Source: Marsupella aquatica
Taxonomy: Eukaryota; Plantae; Marchantiophyta
DNA: 64,000 bases
NCBI GenBank assembly: GCA_973895155.1
Contig: OZ316896.1
Location: 13,310,549 to 13,374,548, forward strand
Reading direction: 5' to 3'
Below the pieces are notes generated by a model, which ran no database searches, was not told where the DNA came from, and saw only the letters and a program-made list of their open reading frames with translations. Shown here piece by piece: positions 27,802-39,814 of this stretch; the stretch's first letter is position 1, and each line of letters begins with the position of its first letter. Made by a program: the position numbers and the translations under genes.

Positions 27802-28438
27802 AGTAGAAGACAGTCGAAGGAGCGCCACAAATTGGTGTTCAAAATAGGATGCGGGTGCCTGCTCGCATTGACCTTCAACAATTCGATGATCTTGGACGTG
27901 ATAGTCACACTGAAACTCTTTCTGAATACTTTTTATGCTCGCGTCCTAAGTTCAGGTGGATTAAATGGATCCGCTTCCTAGTTTTTGAACTTATTAGTTC
28001 TTTTAATGTTCAAACGCTGGCCGTGAGGTGCTTTATACTCAGCAGTGCAACCTAGCTCGACACCTCTTCGGGTATTATCAAGAATTTCGAGTGGATTGCT
28101 TCGTATAATACCTCCAATGCGATGGAAGTGGCAGCGGTATGTGTCGCCATTTGTTTATGGGCGGATGTTAGACCTGCACAGGGTAATCTGGGTGGTCCTA
28201 AATTATGTGTCTTGTAGATTCGTGACGTCCCCCGCATCCTTTCCGATTTCAATCTCTGTAGAGGAAATGGGGGCCAGTTTTCACGCAGGATTCTTTGGCT
28301 GTGGGCGCAGCAGCAGCTGTCGAAGCGGAAACTCCTGCAAGTAATTGTGGGGAACTTATTCAGTGTGTTCAAATTATTGAAGTCTTTAAGCTCTATTTTA
28401 TTCTTGAGACCTCTCAAATGTTCGATAGGGTACGAAAC

Positions 28439-28570
28439 GCGAAATTCAGGGGGTGTACAAGAGTTATCTGACTGATCCTAGTGAGAAAAGCACGTTTGTG
28501 GAACTAATCGGTCGATCATCGGTTCTCGCTTGGACATTGCTGCCAACTATGCTAACCCCCTGAATTTCGC
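28439..28570. repeat. 16-bp perfect inverted repeat enclosing a 100-bp spacer (MITE-like)
   Basis: gcgaaattcagggggt ... accccctgaatttcgc; no clear TSD. Confidence 0.5.
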
Positions 28571-29549
28571 CCAATAGTTGAGTGGTGGACAAGAATAATT
28601 GCCTGCGCTCCGTGTTTGGAGCAGAGCTCTGTTTGCTGCTACGTCAGGGAAGAATGGCTGATGGAGAGGGGTCCAAGATTGGATCAAGGTTGGCCAGGTT
28701 TTTATGGCATTGTTTGGATCATGATGTGATTTAGTTCAAGGGAGAGAATTTGATCAGTAGATGAGCCGAGATTGCGTTTGCAGGCATTATATGCACATGT
28801 TCTTTCAGGCACCTAGCAGGAGTGATGGACCTCCTCAAGACTCAATGCGGGAGTCAGGGGTTTGGGCCCATTTGGATCGTTATTTGGGCAGATTTGCCTT
28901 CCTTTAGTAAGAACTTGGACAACCTTACACTCGTTAACTCATGGCATCGCATTAGTTGACAACGGAATTTCTTCAATTGAGTGTAACTGGAGAACTTGGA
29001 GCAACACTTGGACAGTAGCAGCAAATTAGGTGTTTTGGCCAACCTGAGCTCAATCTTTGTGCCCGACAGTGAGCATTTGTGAGGTTTGTTCCGAGCGTGA
29101 GGTTTTCATGATTAGCTGCAAATTTGTACTTATGGACAAGTGATAAGTTTCCCCTTTGCATTGTCGTGAGAACCCGGACTACTGTGATGTCTCCTGCAAA
29201 ATGTTTGATCCCTTCTTTTCCGTCCTGTAATAAAGAACTAGGTCTTTTTAGATTGCACTGCAGGTTTGTAAGTCCGAGAGCCCCTAACAGTGGCGAAAGA
29301 ACTAAAGCCATGAATAGATGTACATTAATGAACACAAATTTACTGTGAACGCTGAACTCTCTTATAACTTCCGCGCAGGTACCATAGATTGGGTTTGGAG
29401 CCTACAAAATGTTATGTTTTGGGAGTGAAAGGGAATGTGCTTGTTTGCCATAGATTCTCAAACATATTCCTGGCTGCAAACATATTTCAAATCCAGACCT
29501 GGAATTTGGTTACATATTCAGAGCGGCAAAAAGTTTTCTGGGACTGGCA

Positions 29550-29698
29550 AAACCAATCTACACCTTATAGAACACCCCATGTTTGCATCTGGGCTAGTCC
29601 AGACATTCTTTCTGTGGGTTCTGGGCCTGGTAAAACCAATCTACACCCCATAGGACACCACATGTTTGCATCTGGGCTAGTCCAGACATTCTTTCTGT
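29550..29698. repeat. About 80-bp tandem duplication
   Basis: aaaccaatctacacc...catgtttgcatctgggctagtccagacattctttctgtg occurs twice. Confidence 0.8.
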
Positions 29699-32164
29699 GA
29701 TCCTGTGCTGCATTGTTTGCTGTCAATGTGTTCAAGGAATGTAGAACCTTCCACCATGTTGGGTTCATTTTGCGGCCCAAAGGAGGGCACCAGTGAAACC
29801 CTGCAAAAGACCTTCCAAGGTGCAGCAGGTACCAACCAGTACTATTTGGCTGTTCTGGATGGTAGCTGCCGCACCTCAACTGGCGCAGATGCTCTTAGAT
29901 TTAACCAGCAGAACTAGGAAAAACCGAGAGGATCACTTACAATAGTGCCCAAACACTATGAGAGATGGTGAATATGTCCCAACACTTTCCTGGAAAACCA
30001 CATATAACAACTGTGGGCTTCTGGAGACTCAACTTGGTTTCTAGAGTAATTTCCTGGAAGACCTAAAGGAAGGATTGTGGTAAACTTCAGAAACCTTAAG
30101 ATTTGAAAAGGCTGTTCCCCCAGCGTTAAACAGTTGACATTTTGCCTCGGAAAAAGTGTTGGTTTGACGACAGGGTAATCTTACAGCATTGTGACCAACT
30201 TTTCTTTTGGTGACAAAATCTCACCAAAATCCTCCTCGTCCAGAAACCTTCACCACTCATGGCCAAATTTCTCCAGATCACTAGGTAGTCTCCCAGAAGT
30301 CACAGGGCCAATTAGGGCCAATCTGATGGTTGTCCTTAGATCTAGGGATATCTAATTGTCAAAAGCATATCTTATATTTTTCAATGGGGAATATTCTCCT
30401 CTTTCACACATCATAAAGAATTTCTCTGGGCAAATTGAGAATTACCTTACAAGTTACACTAACTTATCCTAACCCACTGGGCTTTAAATTGGAGCAGTTA
30501 CATTCCAAAGTAGTTTTGATGATATCTCTTGTCTAGAGATTTAGGATTAGATTCACTCAGAGCAGCATTATTTTTAGTGGCCAACTAATCTATATTGTGT
30601 CTCATTACTCCACCATGCCAGAGTACCCATTAGCCATCCAACCACAGTCCTCAAATTTAGAGAGATCTAATGGTCAGGAATAAATCTAAGAAATTCATAC
30701 AAGGCACATTCCTAGTATCCCCTCCTAGACACAGGTAACATTCGCCACCCTGGCAAATAAAAAATACTCAAAATCACCTTTCCCCATAGTATCTCTAGTC
30801 TAGGGATGTAGACTCCCCACCCCAATTCCAAAGACCTTTTTGTGGTCGGTTGAAAGTTGTGCTGTGCCAATGATCTCTTGACAAGGAGATATGATTGCTT
30901 TAACATCTTTAGTGTCACATTTAGATCTGGCACTATAAACAGTGCCAATCTTAGATGCAGCTTACCAAAGTGACATGGATTTAAGTGTTAGCTGCCAGCT
31001 GCTCAGCCTGCCAGGTCTTGTATGACCAATTTTGTTGTAGTCAGATGCAAGCAACCCAAAGTCGTGGGAGACCAAAACAGTCACTTTTTGCCTACTCTTT
31101 TGGGTGATTAAGAGAACTTACTAGTAATTATGGTAACCTGGATCCACCAGGGTTTTGCTTCAGGGGCAGTGGTGGTTTAAAGCCAGGTGAGTTAAACTCC
31201 CAGGGAGATACTCACAAATGTTTTGTGAATTTGGGTCAAAAGGGAGCTACTGTAAGCTCTCTGCCCCAACAAGAGAAAATGTGAAAAGTGGGGGTTAAAG
31301 GGTGGGGTCTTGTACCTTGGGTGACAGCACTTAGGGTCTCACTTGTTTTTGACTAGGGCAAGACCATCTGAACAAGAGTTGGATGTTACATACGGGTAGT
31401 CATCTCGCACTAGCCTAACCTCAGTGTCACCTGAAGAGTCACCCTGTGTACAATGCTTGAACACTAAAACACAACTCAAGGCAAGGTGACTTGCCCCTAA
31501 AATCACTCTAATCTAATTGAAAAACTTAAGGTGGGACATTTGAGATATCTGGTTCATTGAGCATTCGCATATAGCCAAAAAGTGGGACATGCTCTCATTT
31601 CAAAGTCTTAGCTACTTATCTGAGAACATGCTGCCAATACACTGTAAACCTTGGATGCGTAACATTGACACCGAGTCCAGCATGAAAGAAATTGTGCACA
31701 TGAGTAATATAGTATAGAGAGCTCTTGTCAAGTTGCCTCATTGATGACATGGGGGGATCATAATTTGGAGGCACGTGATGAGCTTTTTGGGCTTTTTGTG
31801 ATACTCTTAGAAAGTTAAAAAACAGTAGTAGCTCTAAACCTCATAGGTGACGTGGGGGGTCCCTATTTGGAGGCACTGGATGAACTGTTTGTGATACTCT
31901 TAGAAAAGTCATAATTTACTTTTTGTCAAACTCTTAAAAAAGTCACAATTTCCTGAAAGGGGCCAAACAAAGCACAATGGAGTAAAAGGGAATGAGGTCC
32001 AGAACTGACAAACACCAAAGTCAAAAGAAGTGGGCAAACGGCAAACCACAGAAACCTACAAAGAGGAAAAAGGTGAAAAAGGGGAAAGTGCAACAGTCCA
32101 CATCTAGTGTAATAAGGTGAGCTAATGATTCACATTTAGTGTTTTAGCTAGTAATGCCATATAT

Positions 32165-32680
32165 TAAAAATCGTAATGAAGAACTGAAACAAGTTAAAAT
32201 TGAGCACTCCTACCTGCGAAGGAGCTATTGTTTCAACAAGTCGTTGTTCAATTGATTAAATGACTGAGAAAGGATGACAGTTATGGATATAGTAATCAGT
32301 GTAATATCATGCACCCGTAAATTGGAAACTGAATTTTAAATAGACTCGGAATTTGACCGGACTCTTCCAGGTCCACTCCAGGTATTCAATTCCATCAAAA
32401 TCGCAATGAAGAACTGAAGCAAGTGAAAATTGACCACTGACAAGATTCTACTCGCGAACGAGTCCTGGTTTCAACACAATCGCTACCTATTGATATCTGC
32501 TTGAGATAGAGCGAGTGCCATGATTATAGCCACTTCAATATCACGATCAGTACTAGTTAAATTGGAAATTGAATTTTAAACAGATTGGGAATTCGACGGA
32601 CTACGCATTACCATTATAATGAAGAAGTGAAAGCAAGTAAAATTGACCATTGACAAGATCCTACCCTGCGGAGGAGTCAT
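32165..32680. repeat. Degenerate tandem repeat, about 225-bp unit, about 2.3 copies
   Basis: aatgaagaa(c/g)tgaa..caagt.aaaattga.ca recurs at about 32176, 32405 and 32618; aaattggaaa.tgaattttaaa occurs twice. Confidence 0.7.
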
Positions 32681-32746
32681 GCAGATTGCACAGTGGGGTC
32701 CATGACTGGAAACTTATGAAACACATGCTATTGTAAGCTACAGTAG

Positions 32747-33241
32747 TCAAAATGACACGCTGACTCGGTTGGTCGGATATACCAAGGAGCTAAGACAACT
32801 CGTGTCCCAGTTGAACATGAAATGGTAACCCGACTGAGGAGGAACGTTGCCTCTAAGGAAAAAACCAGAGGGGTCGATCTTCCACTCACAGATCTCGCAC
32901 ATCATTGGTCCCCAAAGCATGGTGTGGTTCCAGACCGAGAATTGCTTGACATATGTTGTACCCAACCAACTGAAGCCGCAGACCCAGTCCTCAGGTTTTG
33001 CGGTCTTTTCGAACCACGTAAATTCATAGCGTTTGCCCGACATTAGCTGCTGCTCACCGTTGCCCCTGTAGTTACTGTGACAGTCCACCAATACAGAATC
33101 ATTGAGCTGATTCTGGATAGAGAACTGGTGAGCCCTGGCGAGCTGACAATCGCCATAGATCATTGCCGTGCCCGCGATGACCACCGCAGCCCACAAAGTC
33201 GCCATAGAGTGACGTATGTGGCGACCTTTCATCATCGTCAT
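32747..33241 (-). CDS. S-protein homologue (SPH / plant self-incompatibility S1 family) secreted protein
   Basis: Hydrophobic signal peptide, then I.N.L..S.LV.CHS, G.RYEFTW, WVCGFSW, FSVW, C..C.WKI..SGFF and FNW, which is the SPH pattern. Intronless. Confidence 0.85.
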   Translation of the reverse strand: MTMMKGRHIRHSMATLWAAVVIAGTAMIYGDCQLARAHQFSIQNQLNDSVLVDCHSNYRGNGEQQLMSGKRYEFTWFEKTAKPEDWVCGFSWLGTTYVKQFSVWNHTMLWGPMMCEICEWKIDPSGFFLRGNVPPQSGYHFMFNWDTSCLSSLVYPTNRVSVSF

Positions 33242-33292
33242 GATTAAGTTCGTGGAATATGTTCGTCCTGGTGAAGTCTTTAGAACTGTTGC

Positions 33293-33518
33293 GTATAGAG
33301 ATCAAGCTCTCCGGCTCTTCAGCTAGTTCATAAATCAAATCAACTCCTCCAAGGGTCTTTCGAGGGCTCTTTCAATTGACATGTGGAATACGTACCTAAA
33401 ATGTTGTATAGAGATCAAGCTCTCCGGCTCTTCAGCTAGTTCATAAATCAAATCAACTCCTCCAAGGGTCTTTCGAGGGCTCTTTCAATTGACATGTGGA
33501 ATACGTACCTAAAATGTT
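33293..33518. repeat. Perfect 113-bp tandem duplication in the proximal promoter of the minus-strand SPH gene
   Basis: 33293-33405 is identical to 33406-33518 (gtatagagatcaagctc...cctaaaatgtt). Confidence 0.92.
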
Positions 33519-36077
33519 TGACATTTACAAGCATAGCAGAAGGTGGCCTTCATCATGCGTGTCTTGTAAGTTGTCAGTATGCGACGCTACCGGGCTTCAA
33601 GCAGTGAACGAGCTAAAAAGAGGGCTAGGTTCAAAGAGCTCGCGAAAACTGACAATCAGGATAGTACTTGTGTCGGAGCTTTATGCTCGTGTCCAGCAGG
33701 GTTGGTAAGAGCGCTTTGCCGAGTCCACATTCTAAATATGGCGTGCATGACACAATTTCTGAATATGTACTACATTGTACGAAACGGTGCAAGCACACTT
33801 TCTGAATATGGACTACATTGTACGTGCCTCTGCATCCAGCAGTGACCATGTGAGCCTCGGTTGGTGAAAGACTGTTCACACTAGATCCAATCTCGTTTAA
33901 CTCGGATTGTCTCAATCGAGTTGTCAGCATGGAATTTATCCTGAGTACATGTACGTATAGAGCTCGTGCTGTTTCAGGTAAGATCTAGCTGACATCAGTA
34001 GATGTCATGAATTCATGTACCGTATGCCGATTGCGTTAGGAATTTTCCAAACCGCAACATCGACGCAAATGAATGTATACTAGCTACTGTAACTAATGCA
34101 ATTCTGAGAACGCAGAGGGACGCATGTTGCGTATGCCTCAAATCGCTGGATTCTGGCTGCTTGGGGCTCGATCAAGAACTGGCATTTGCAAGCATCGATC
34201 ACTAGCTCCGTAAATGTGGATCCCCAAGTTAGGGACGAATCCTGGAAGCCAACCACCTGTGGTAATCCCTGTTATGTTCAAATCCAAATGGGAAGATCCT
34301 TCATTCGGGAGATTGAGGCTCTCTTTCCGGCACGACTGGCAAAATTCCACGCTCGTGACGTAACATGATAACATGATACCAGAATTTCAACGACAAAACT
34401 GTGCTGACAGGATATGGTTCCTTGTGATCTGCGTTGTAGGTCAGTTTTAATCATCTTGCGATACACATGCAAGTACGGCATGTCACGCACGTTACATAGA
34501 GCATGGTCGTTGAAGTCAATGGTATGGCCAAAAGCCCTTTTACTTTCCGGGTACACTCAAGGGACCCGAAATTGTTGGGGTATTGACTGACTCAGAAAAA
34601 CTGGAGGCAAAAGTGTAACATCATCACGGCCATTTTTAGGTCAATGTTTGAATGGCTTGTTTTTCTTCTTTCTCGCGTAAAGAATGATAACTAAATAATG
34701 CTTTTTTAATTATCAACTACTCGACATAGATAGTCTTGTTTCCTGACGACTCATGTAACAGTTCTTCTGATAAATGGAAGCAGTTGAATTGATGGTGTGA
34801 TAAGGTATCACTACACTCCTACAATATATAGAGGCCCTTGGACAAAAGACTCAGATAGCCCTCCTACAAAGTTGCAGCCTGAACGACATTCAAGCTTGTA
34901 ACTTACTCTACAATACTGCACAAGTCCCGTGACGGATAAGGCTCTCGAATCTACCAGATATTCTGTGTCCTGAGATGGAAGATTTCCAGGCAAAGACAAT
35001 GGAACTACCCACGATATCTTCCCAGAATCACCAGTACAAAGGGACGTGCCTGAGTAACTAACCCGAATCGTAACGGTAGCTCGATCCGCTATGAAAGTAA
35101 AATGCGTTCGTGCATGCTTGTCTGCTGACGCAAGGACTAGAGATCTGATCGAGTGTAGAAAATAGACAGAGACCATGTGTGAGGCCATCGTTTGAGTACC
35201 GCGGTACTCTAGACTACAATAATAGACTGTTCTAGACTGCGGTAGACTAGACTCAACTACAACACAATAGCTTTCGCTTCCAGTTCTAGGAAAGCAATTC
35301 AGCGACAAGTACTTCACGAAATTTCACCAAATGACTCCAACCTCTTTAGCAAAAGCGCTACGACCCTATTTTGGCCTGAACTGAGTTCTTGAAGGACTTG
35401 GATCTCCTGAATTCCAGCAAGAAAACGGCTACAGAACTGTACATACTGCTTCTTAGCCTTGAAGCGAGTTCTATAACGTATTGCATTGCATGTACAGTTC
35501 GTTCCATTTAGCATCTTTGTGTCTCTGGTAGCTTTTCTATTGAGTTGCATACAACGAGGATTGGGAGCGGCGGAGCACTTTGCTGCCGAGTAGGGGCTTA
35601 GTTTGCTGCTCAGTCAGGCTTTAGTGTTTTGGTGTTCGGCTTTTTGGCTAGTTGGTCTTCCTTCTCCCTTCTATTGGGTCTCCGTCGTTTGGGATCCCAT
35701 ATATATATCTGGATTTTGTTCTCTGACTTGCAGTTTGATTTATATGTATTTAGCACCGCAAATCTATAGGGGAAGCAACCCCAGGCGTCGTCCGCAAGCT
35801 AGGGCAACATCTTACGAATTGAAGAGGAGAGTGATGGACAGCTGTTCCATCCGGTCTATATGCACCTAGCTCAGTACTGTGGAATCATCGAAAGGTTTCA
35901 AAATTTGTAGACAACATTGTCATACGGCGCTGGAGTGCCTTTTACTCCACCAATCACATATCAACTTGATACCAATCGACAGCACGGGATCGAAGTGCTT
36001 CCTCGCTTGAATTTCAAGCCAAGTGACGTGCGCTCTCGGAAGAATCTGCGAACAGCCAAAGCTGAGTGCCAAGCACG

Positions 36078-36503
36078 ATGGCATTGCGCAATGACTTGAC
36101 ACATTTTTCTCGAGTGCGCTGCCACCGGCTTCTGCTGCTGATTACCTTGCTCGTCATCCACAATGTCCATTTCGCAGGGGCTCACCGGTTCGACGTGAAC
36201 AACACTCTCGGGAGCCCTTTGTCAGCTGAATGCTTCGATCCCGAGAGCGGGACCCGAAATCCGGACGTGACCATTGTCAGCCCCGGAACGGTACTGACGA
36301 TGCTCATCGATGACTTTTCTATGGCGAGGGCGTGCTCCTTCAGCTGGCTTGGGACTGCCAGAGTGAAGGAATTCGTGGTCTGGGCTCGAAACTCGTGCGA
36401 CAGTTGCTATTGGAAAGTTGACAGCAGCGGCTTCTCTCGCAAACAATTCGATGGATCGTTCAAGCAGATGTTTCCATGGAGGAGTACCTGCTTTAGTTCT
36501 TAG
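36078..36503 (+). CDS. Second S-protein homologue (SPH) secreted protein
   Basis: ATG at 36078, signal peptide LLLLITLLVI...AGA, then V.N.LGSPL.AEC, PG, CSFSWLGT, FVVW, CDSCYWKVDSSGF and FPW. It shares FSWLGT and MF.W with the first SPH. Confidence 0.82.
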   Translation: MALRNDLTHFSRVRCHRLLLLITLLVIHNVHFAGAHRFDVNNTLGSPLSAECFDPESGTRNPDVTIVSPGTVLTMLIDDFSMARACSFSWLGTARVKEFVVWARNSCDSCYWKVDSSGFSRKQFDGSFKQMFPWRSTCFSS

Positions 36504-36554
36504 GGCCATCTTGCATCTGAAGACTCCTTCAGAGCCGTTTATGCTAACCTTGAG

Positions 36555-36865
36555 TGAGATTTGTAACTCAACCTCCTCTGGCTAACCTACCCCTAGCAGG
36601 GAGATTTGTAACTCAACCTCCTTTGGCTAACCTACCTACCCCTAGCAGTGAGATTTGTAACTCAACCTCCTTTGGCTAACCTACCCCTAGCAGTGAGATT
36701 GGTAACTCAACCTCCTTTGGCTAACCTACCCCTAGCAGTGAGATTGGTAACTCAACCTCCTTTGGCTAACCTACCCCTAGCAGTGAGATTGGTAACTCAA
36801 CCTCCTTTGGCTGACATAGCCCCAGCATGCTAACATTGAGTGAGATTTGTATACCTCAACCTCCA
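36555..36865. repeat. 45-bp minisatellite, about 6-7 copies
   Basis: gtgagatt(g/t)gtaactcaacctcctttggctaacctacccctagca units directly 3' of the SPH gene. Confidence 0.93.
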
Positions 36866-37746
36866 GCCTCCTTCAACTGGCCAGACAACATCCAAAGTGC
36901 AGATCCAAGGGCAAGGGCCAGAAATTTTACTACCCTTTTTTTTTTTTCTCATTTGGTTAATATAATCTATGGATTAAAATTTTACTACCTTTTTTTTCAT
37001 TTTTTTAATATAATCTATAGATTATACCGCTTAAACCCCACAGATGAGGGCACATATAAAGGGAAGGGGAGGAGAGCAGCACCCACCAATAAAACTTTCC
37101 TGGCCTTGAGGTAGAGAACTCTGAAACTGGAATAAAGTAAAGAGACAACTCCCAGCAGAGCCTGGTAAAGTCTGGATGTGGAAATGACAAGCATGACGGA
37201 ATGCATGTAGTGGCTTCGGTAGGTAGGTAGTTCACAAGTAGCAGGGTAAGCAAATAGTGTGGAGATTTGGATTTGCTTTTTAGTGATACTTTGGGGAGTG
37301 CTAGGGGCTGGAAACTTGTGAGACAATACATGCAAGAAGGCCCTTAGACCCCGAGCTCTGATAATAGTAGCTAGCCCCATGCCCTTACCATCACACTGAT
37401 TGTCCATAGCAGGAAAGGTGTTGCACATTATTGTCTATTATATTATATATCACATGATTGTCTCAATAGCCACTGATGTTGAAGGGACCGTGTGAACAGC
37501 TAAAAAATGATGCCCTACTAGAGGCATTAGCAGACAGTGTCAAAACCTTATATCAATGACCTTTGGAATATGTACTAGATGAATTTTGCTTCTTCATTGA
37601 GTATTAAGTTTATATTCCTTGCTTGGAAAGTACACAAAAACACTTATTGGGCTTCCAAATATTAAAACCAAATGACCCGGCTCCTAGCTTTCAAGGTTAT
37701 GTGGTGTGGCTTCCAAAACCATGACTGTTCTTACTAATATGTGTTC

Positions 37747-38875
37747 TCAGAAGTAAAATAACTTTCCTATAGTGACAAAGGACCAATTCCGTGGATTGTT
37801 GTGGGGGTGACCCTGTCCTTGGCCTATCGATCTTTTATATATTAATTCTAAGCAATCATCCAAGTATTGCATGACAGGGGACCAATTCTGTGTATTCTTT
37901 GGGTGTGTTATCAGAAGTAAAAACAACTTTCCTATAGTGCATTGTTTGGGGTGACCCTGTCCTTGGCCTATTAATCTTTTATATATTAATTCTAAACAAT
38001 CCAAGTATTGCATGACAGTGGACCAATTCTGTGTTATCTTTGGGTCTGACGCCATATACTGTCTTGGACTATTGACTCAAAGATCTTTTCTAGAAATATA
38101 GAAATTTGAATCAGTCATCCTATAGTGACACTCAGGGGGACCTGTCCTTGAGCATTGATCCAAAGATCTTCTACTCAGATAGAATTTTGAAGCAGTCATC
38201 TCCAAAAATCTATTATTTATATAGAGAAATCTGAAGCAGGGCTTCATCCCCAAAAGATCTTTAATTTATTTATAGAAAGGTTTGAGGAAGTCATCTCCAT
38301 TGAGAATCTTTATATATAAGAAATTTGAAGTCTAACAGGTGACCTATTTTGTGGATTGTTTGGGGATGAAGCCCAGTCTTGAGCTATTGACCTAATTAAA
38401 GATGGTTCTTCAATGGCATCCGGGGAAGGGTGCTCATAGTTGGAGCAACTTATAGAAATTTGAAGCAATCACAAGGGGCAATCATCCTATCTGGCATCCT
38501 ATAGTAGTGATACAGGACCTATTGAGTGGGTACATTTCAATTTCCATAAATAAAAAACCCTCTATTTTAGGAAGATAAACCGTCTTTAAGGTAATTATTC
38601 AAAATGGATTTAAAAGCACAGTAACCTTACCTGTAGAGTAAAAAACCGGCAACTGGACTGCAGCTACCTGTAAAGTAACTTGGTTTGGTAGACTGCCTTT
38701 ACGTCCAATTTATTATATTTTAACCCCTAAAAAACTTCAAGTAAAGTTCTTTCTGAATTAAACAAGCTCTGTAAAGAATAGATAAGTACCTCATAAGTTG
38801 AAGCCCAAAATTTTCTGAATTACACAAGCTCTATAAAGAAAAGATAAGTAACTCATAAGTTGAAGCCCAAAATTC
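37747..38875. repeat. Shuffled degenerate direct repeats, plus a roughly 62-bp tandem duplication at about 38751-38875
   Basis: Recurring ggggtgaccctgtccttggcctat, ccaagtattgcatgacag, cagaagtaaaa..actttcctatagtg and agaaatttgaagc; ttctgaatta.acaagctct.taaagaa...gaagcccaaaatt occurs twice. Confidence 0.65.
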
Positions 38876-39485
38876 TGGGATTGTGCAATTTTCTAGGCTT
38901 GTCCAAGTGACGGTACATTTCACATCTCCTGTACAGTCCATAGACCAAGAAAGTAAATAAGCGTACATTTAATTCCATGATGTCCAACCATCAACTTGTT
39001 TATGTTGCACTCTGAGTTCTCAAAAACAGGAGCATGGTAGGTACCAAACTATGAATAGAAAACCTAACACTATTGGTTGTTTATTCAAGGCATTGGTCTC
39101 TACCTTGTTTCACCAACCTTTGCATGATTGGATTATCTCCATATGACCGAGGGAAATTCAATCCTTGATTGAGCATAAATATCAATTTGCCAATTCAACA
39201 TCCCCTACCTGACTCCCTTCCACCATCCTACTCATACTTACTTCAAAATTTTAAGTACACTCGAGCACAACGACACATCCTCAAATGAATGATGTTAAGA
39301 AACAAAACAATTGAATATATGTCACATTCTAGTCACATTCTGCATTTGACGTGGTCAATGCTTGCAAGTCAGTTCCATCTAGTATATATGTTCTGTTGTA
39401 TATAAGAGCATCAATAGTTCATGATAATTCTCATAGGCAACTGTCGGGAAACTTGTGGGGGCCTAAACCAAAATATCCCGCCCCC

Positions 39486-39814
39486 TGTTGAGCATTAGAC
39501 GACAATCACAACGGTAAGCACATGACACATCCAACGTGCAAGTAATCGACACAAGAGATATGTGGTTCACCTCCTCGAGGTTACATCCACGGGAACACAC
39601 AAGAGAGCTTTACTGAACTCTAAGCCCGTCGGCCATACCAAGTCTCCATAGTGTAAGCTCTCCTCATCTCTCAAGTGGCTCCATAACAATGAGCCTAAGT
39701 TTCACTTATCCAAGCAAACACTATTTGGCATATAGTGTGCATCCTAGTTAACCTAACCACGTCTCCGGCTATGGTTACATGTCGTAACCCTAGACCTTGA
39801 GTAAATACCTAACA
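39486..39814 (-). mobile_element. Solo LTR (329 bp), probably Ty1/copia
   Basis: TGTT...AACA termini with a 5-bp CCCCC duplication on both sides. The internal gtggttc...tacatccacgg resembles the reverse strand of copia LTRs. No internal coding region. Confidence 0.7.

Noticed and set aside
34790-35760. 168-aa minus ORF and LTR-like sequence between the SPH genes
   Set aside because: No protein motif, and no convincing TG..CA ends with a TSD could be fixed.
36555-36865. CRISPR-like array (also considered for 47097-47302)
   Set aside because: The units are head-to-tail without unique spacers, there are no cas genes, and the context is eukaryotic.
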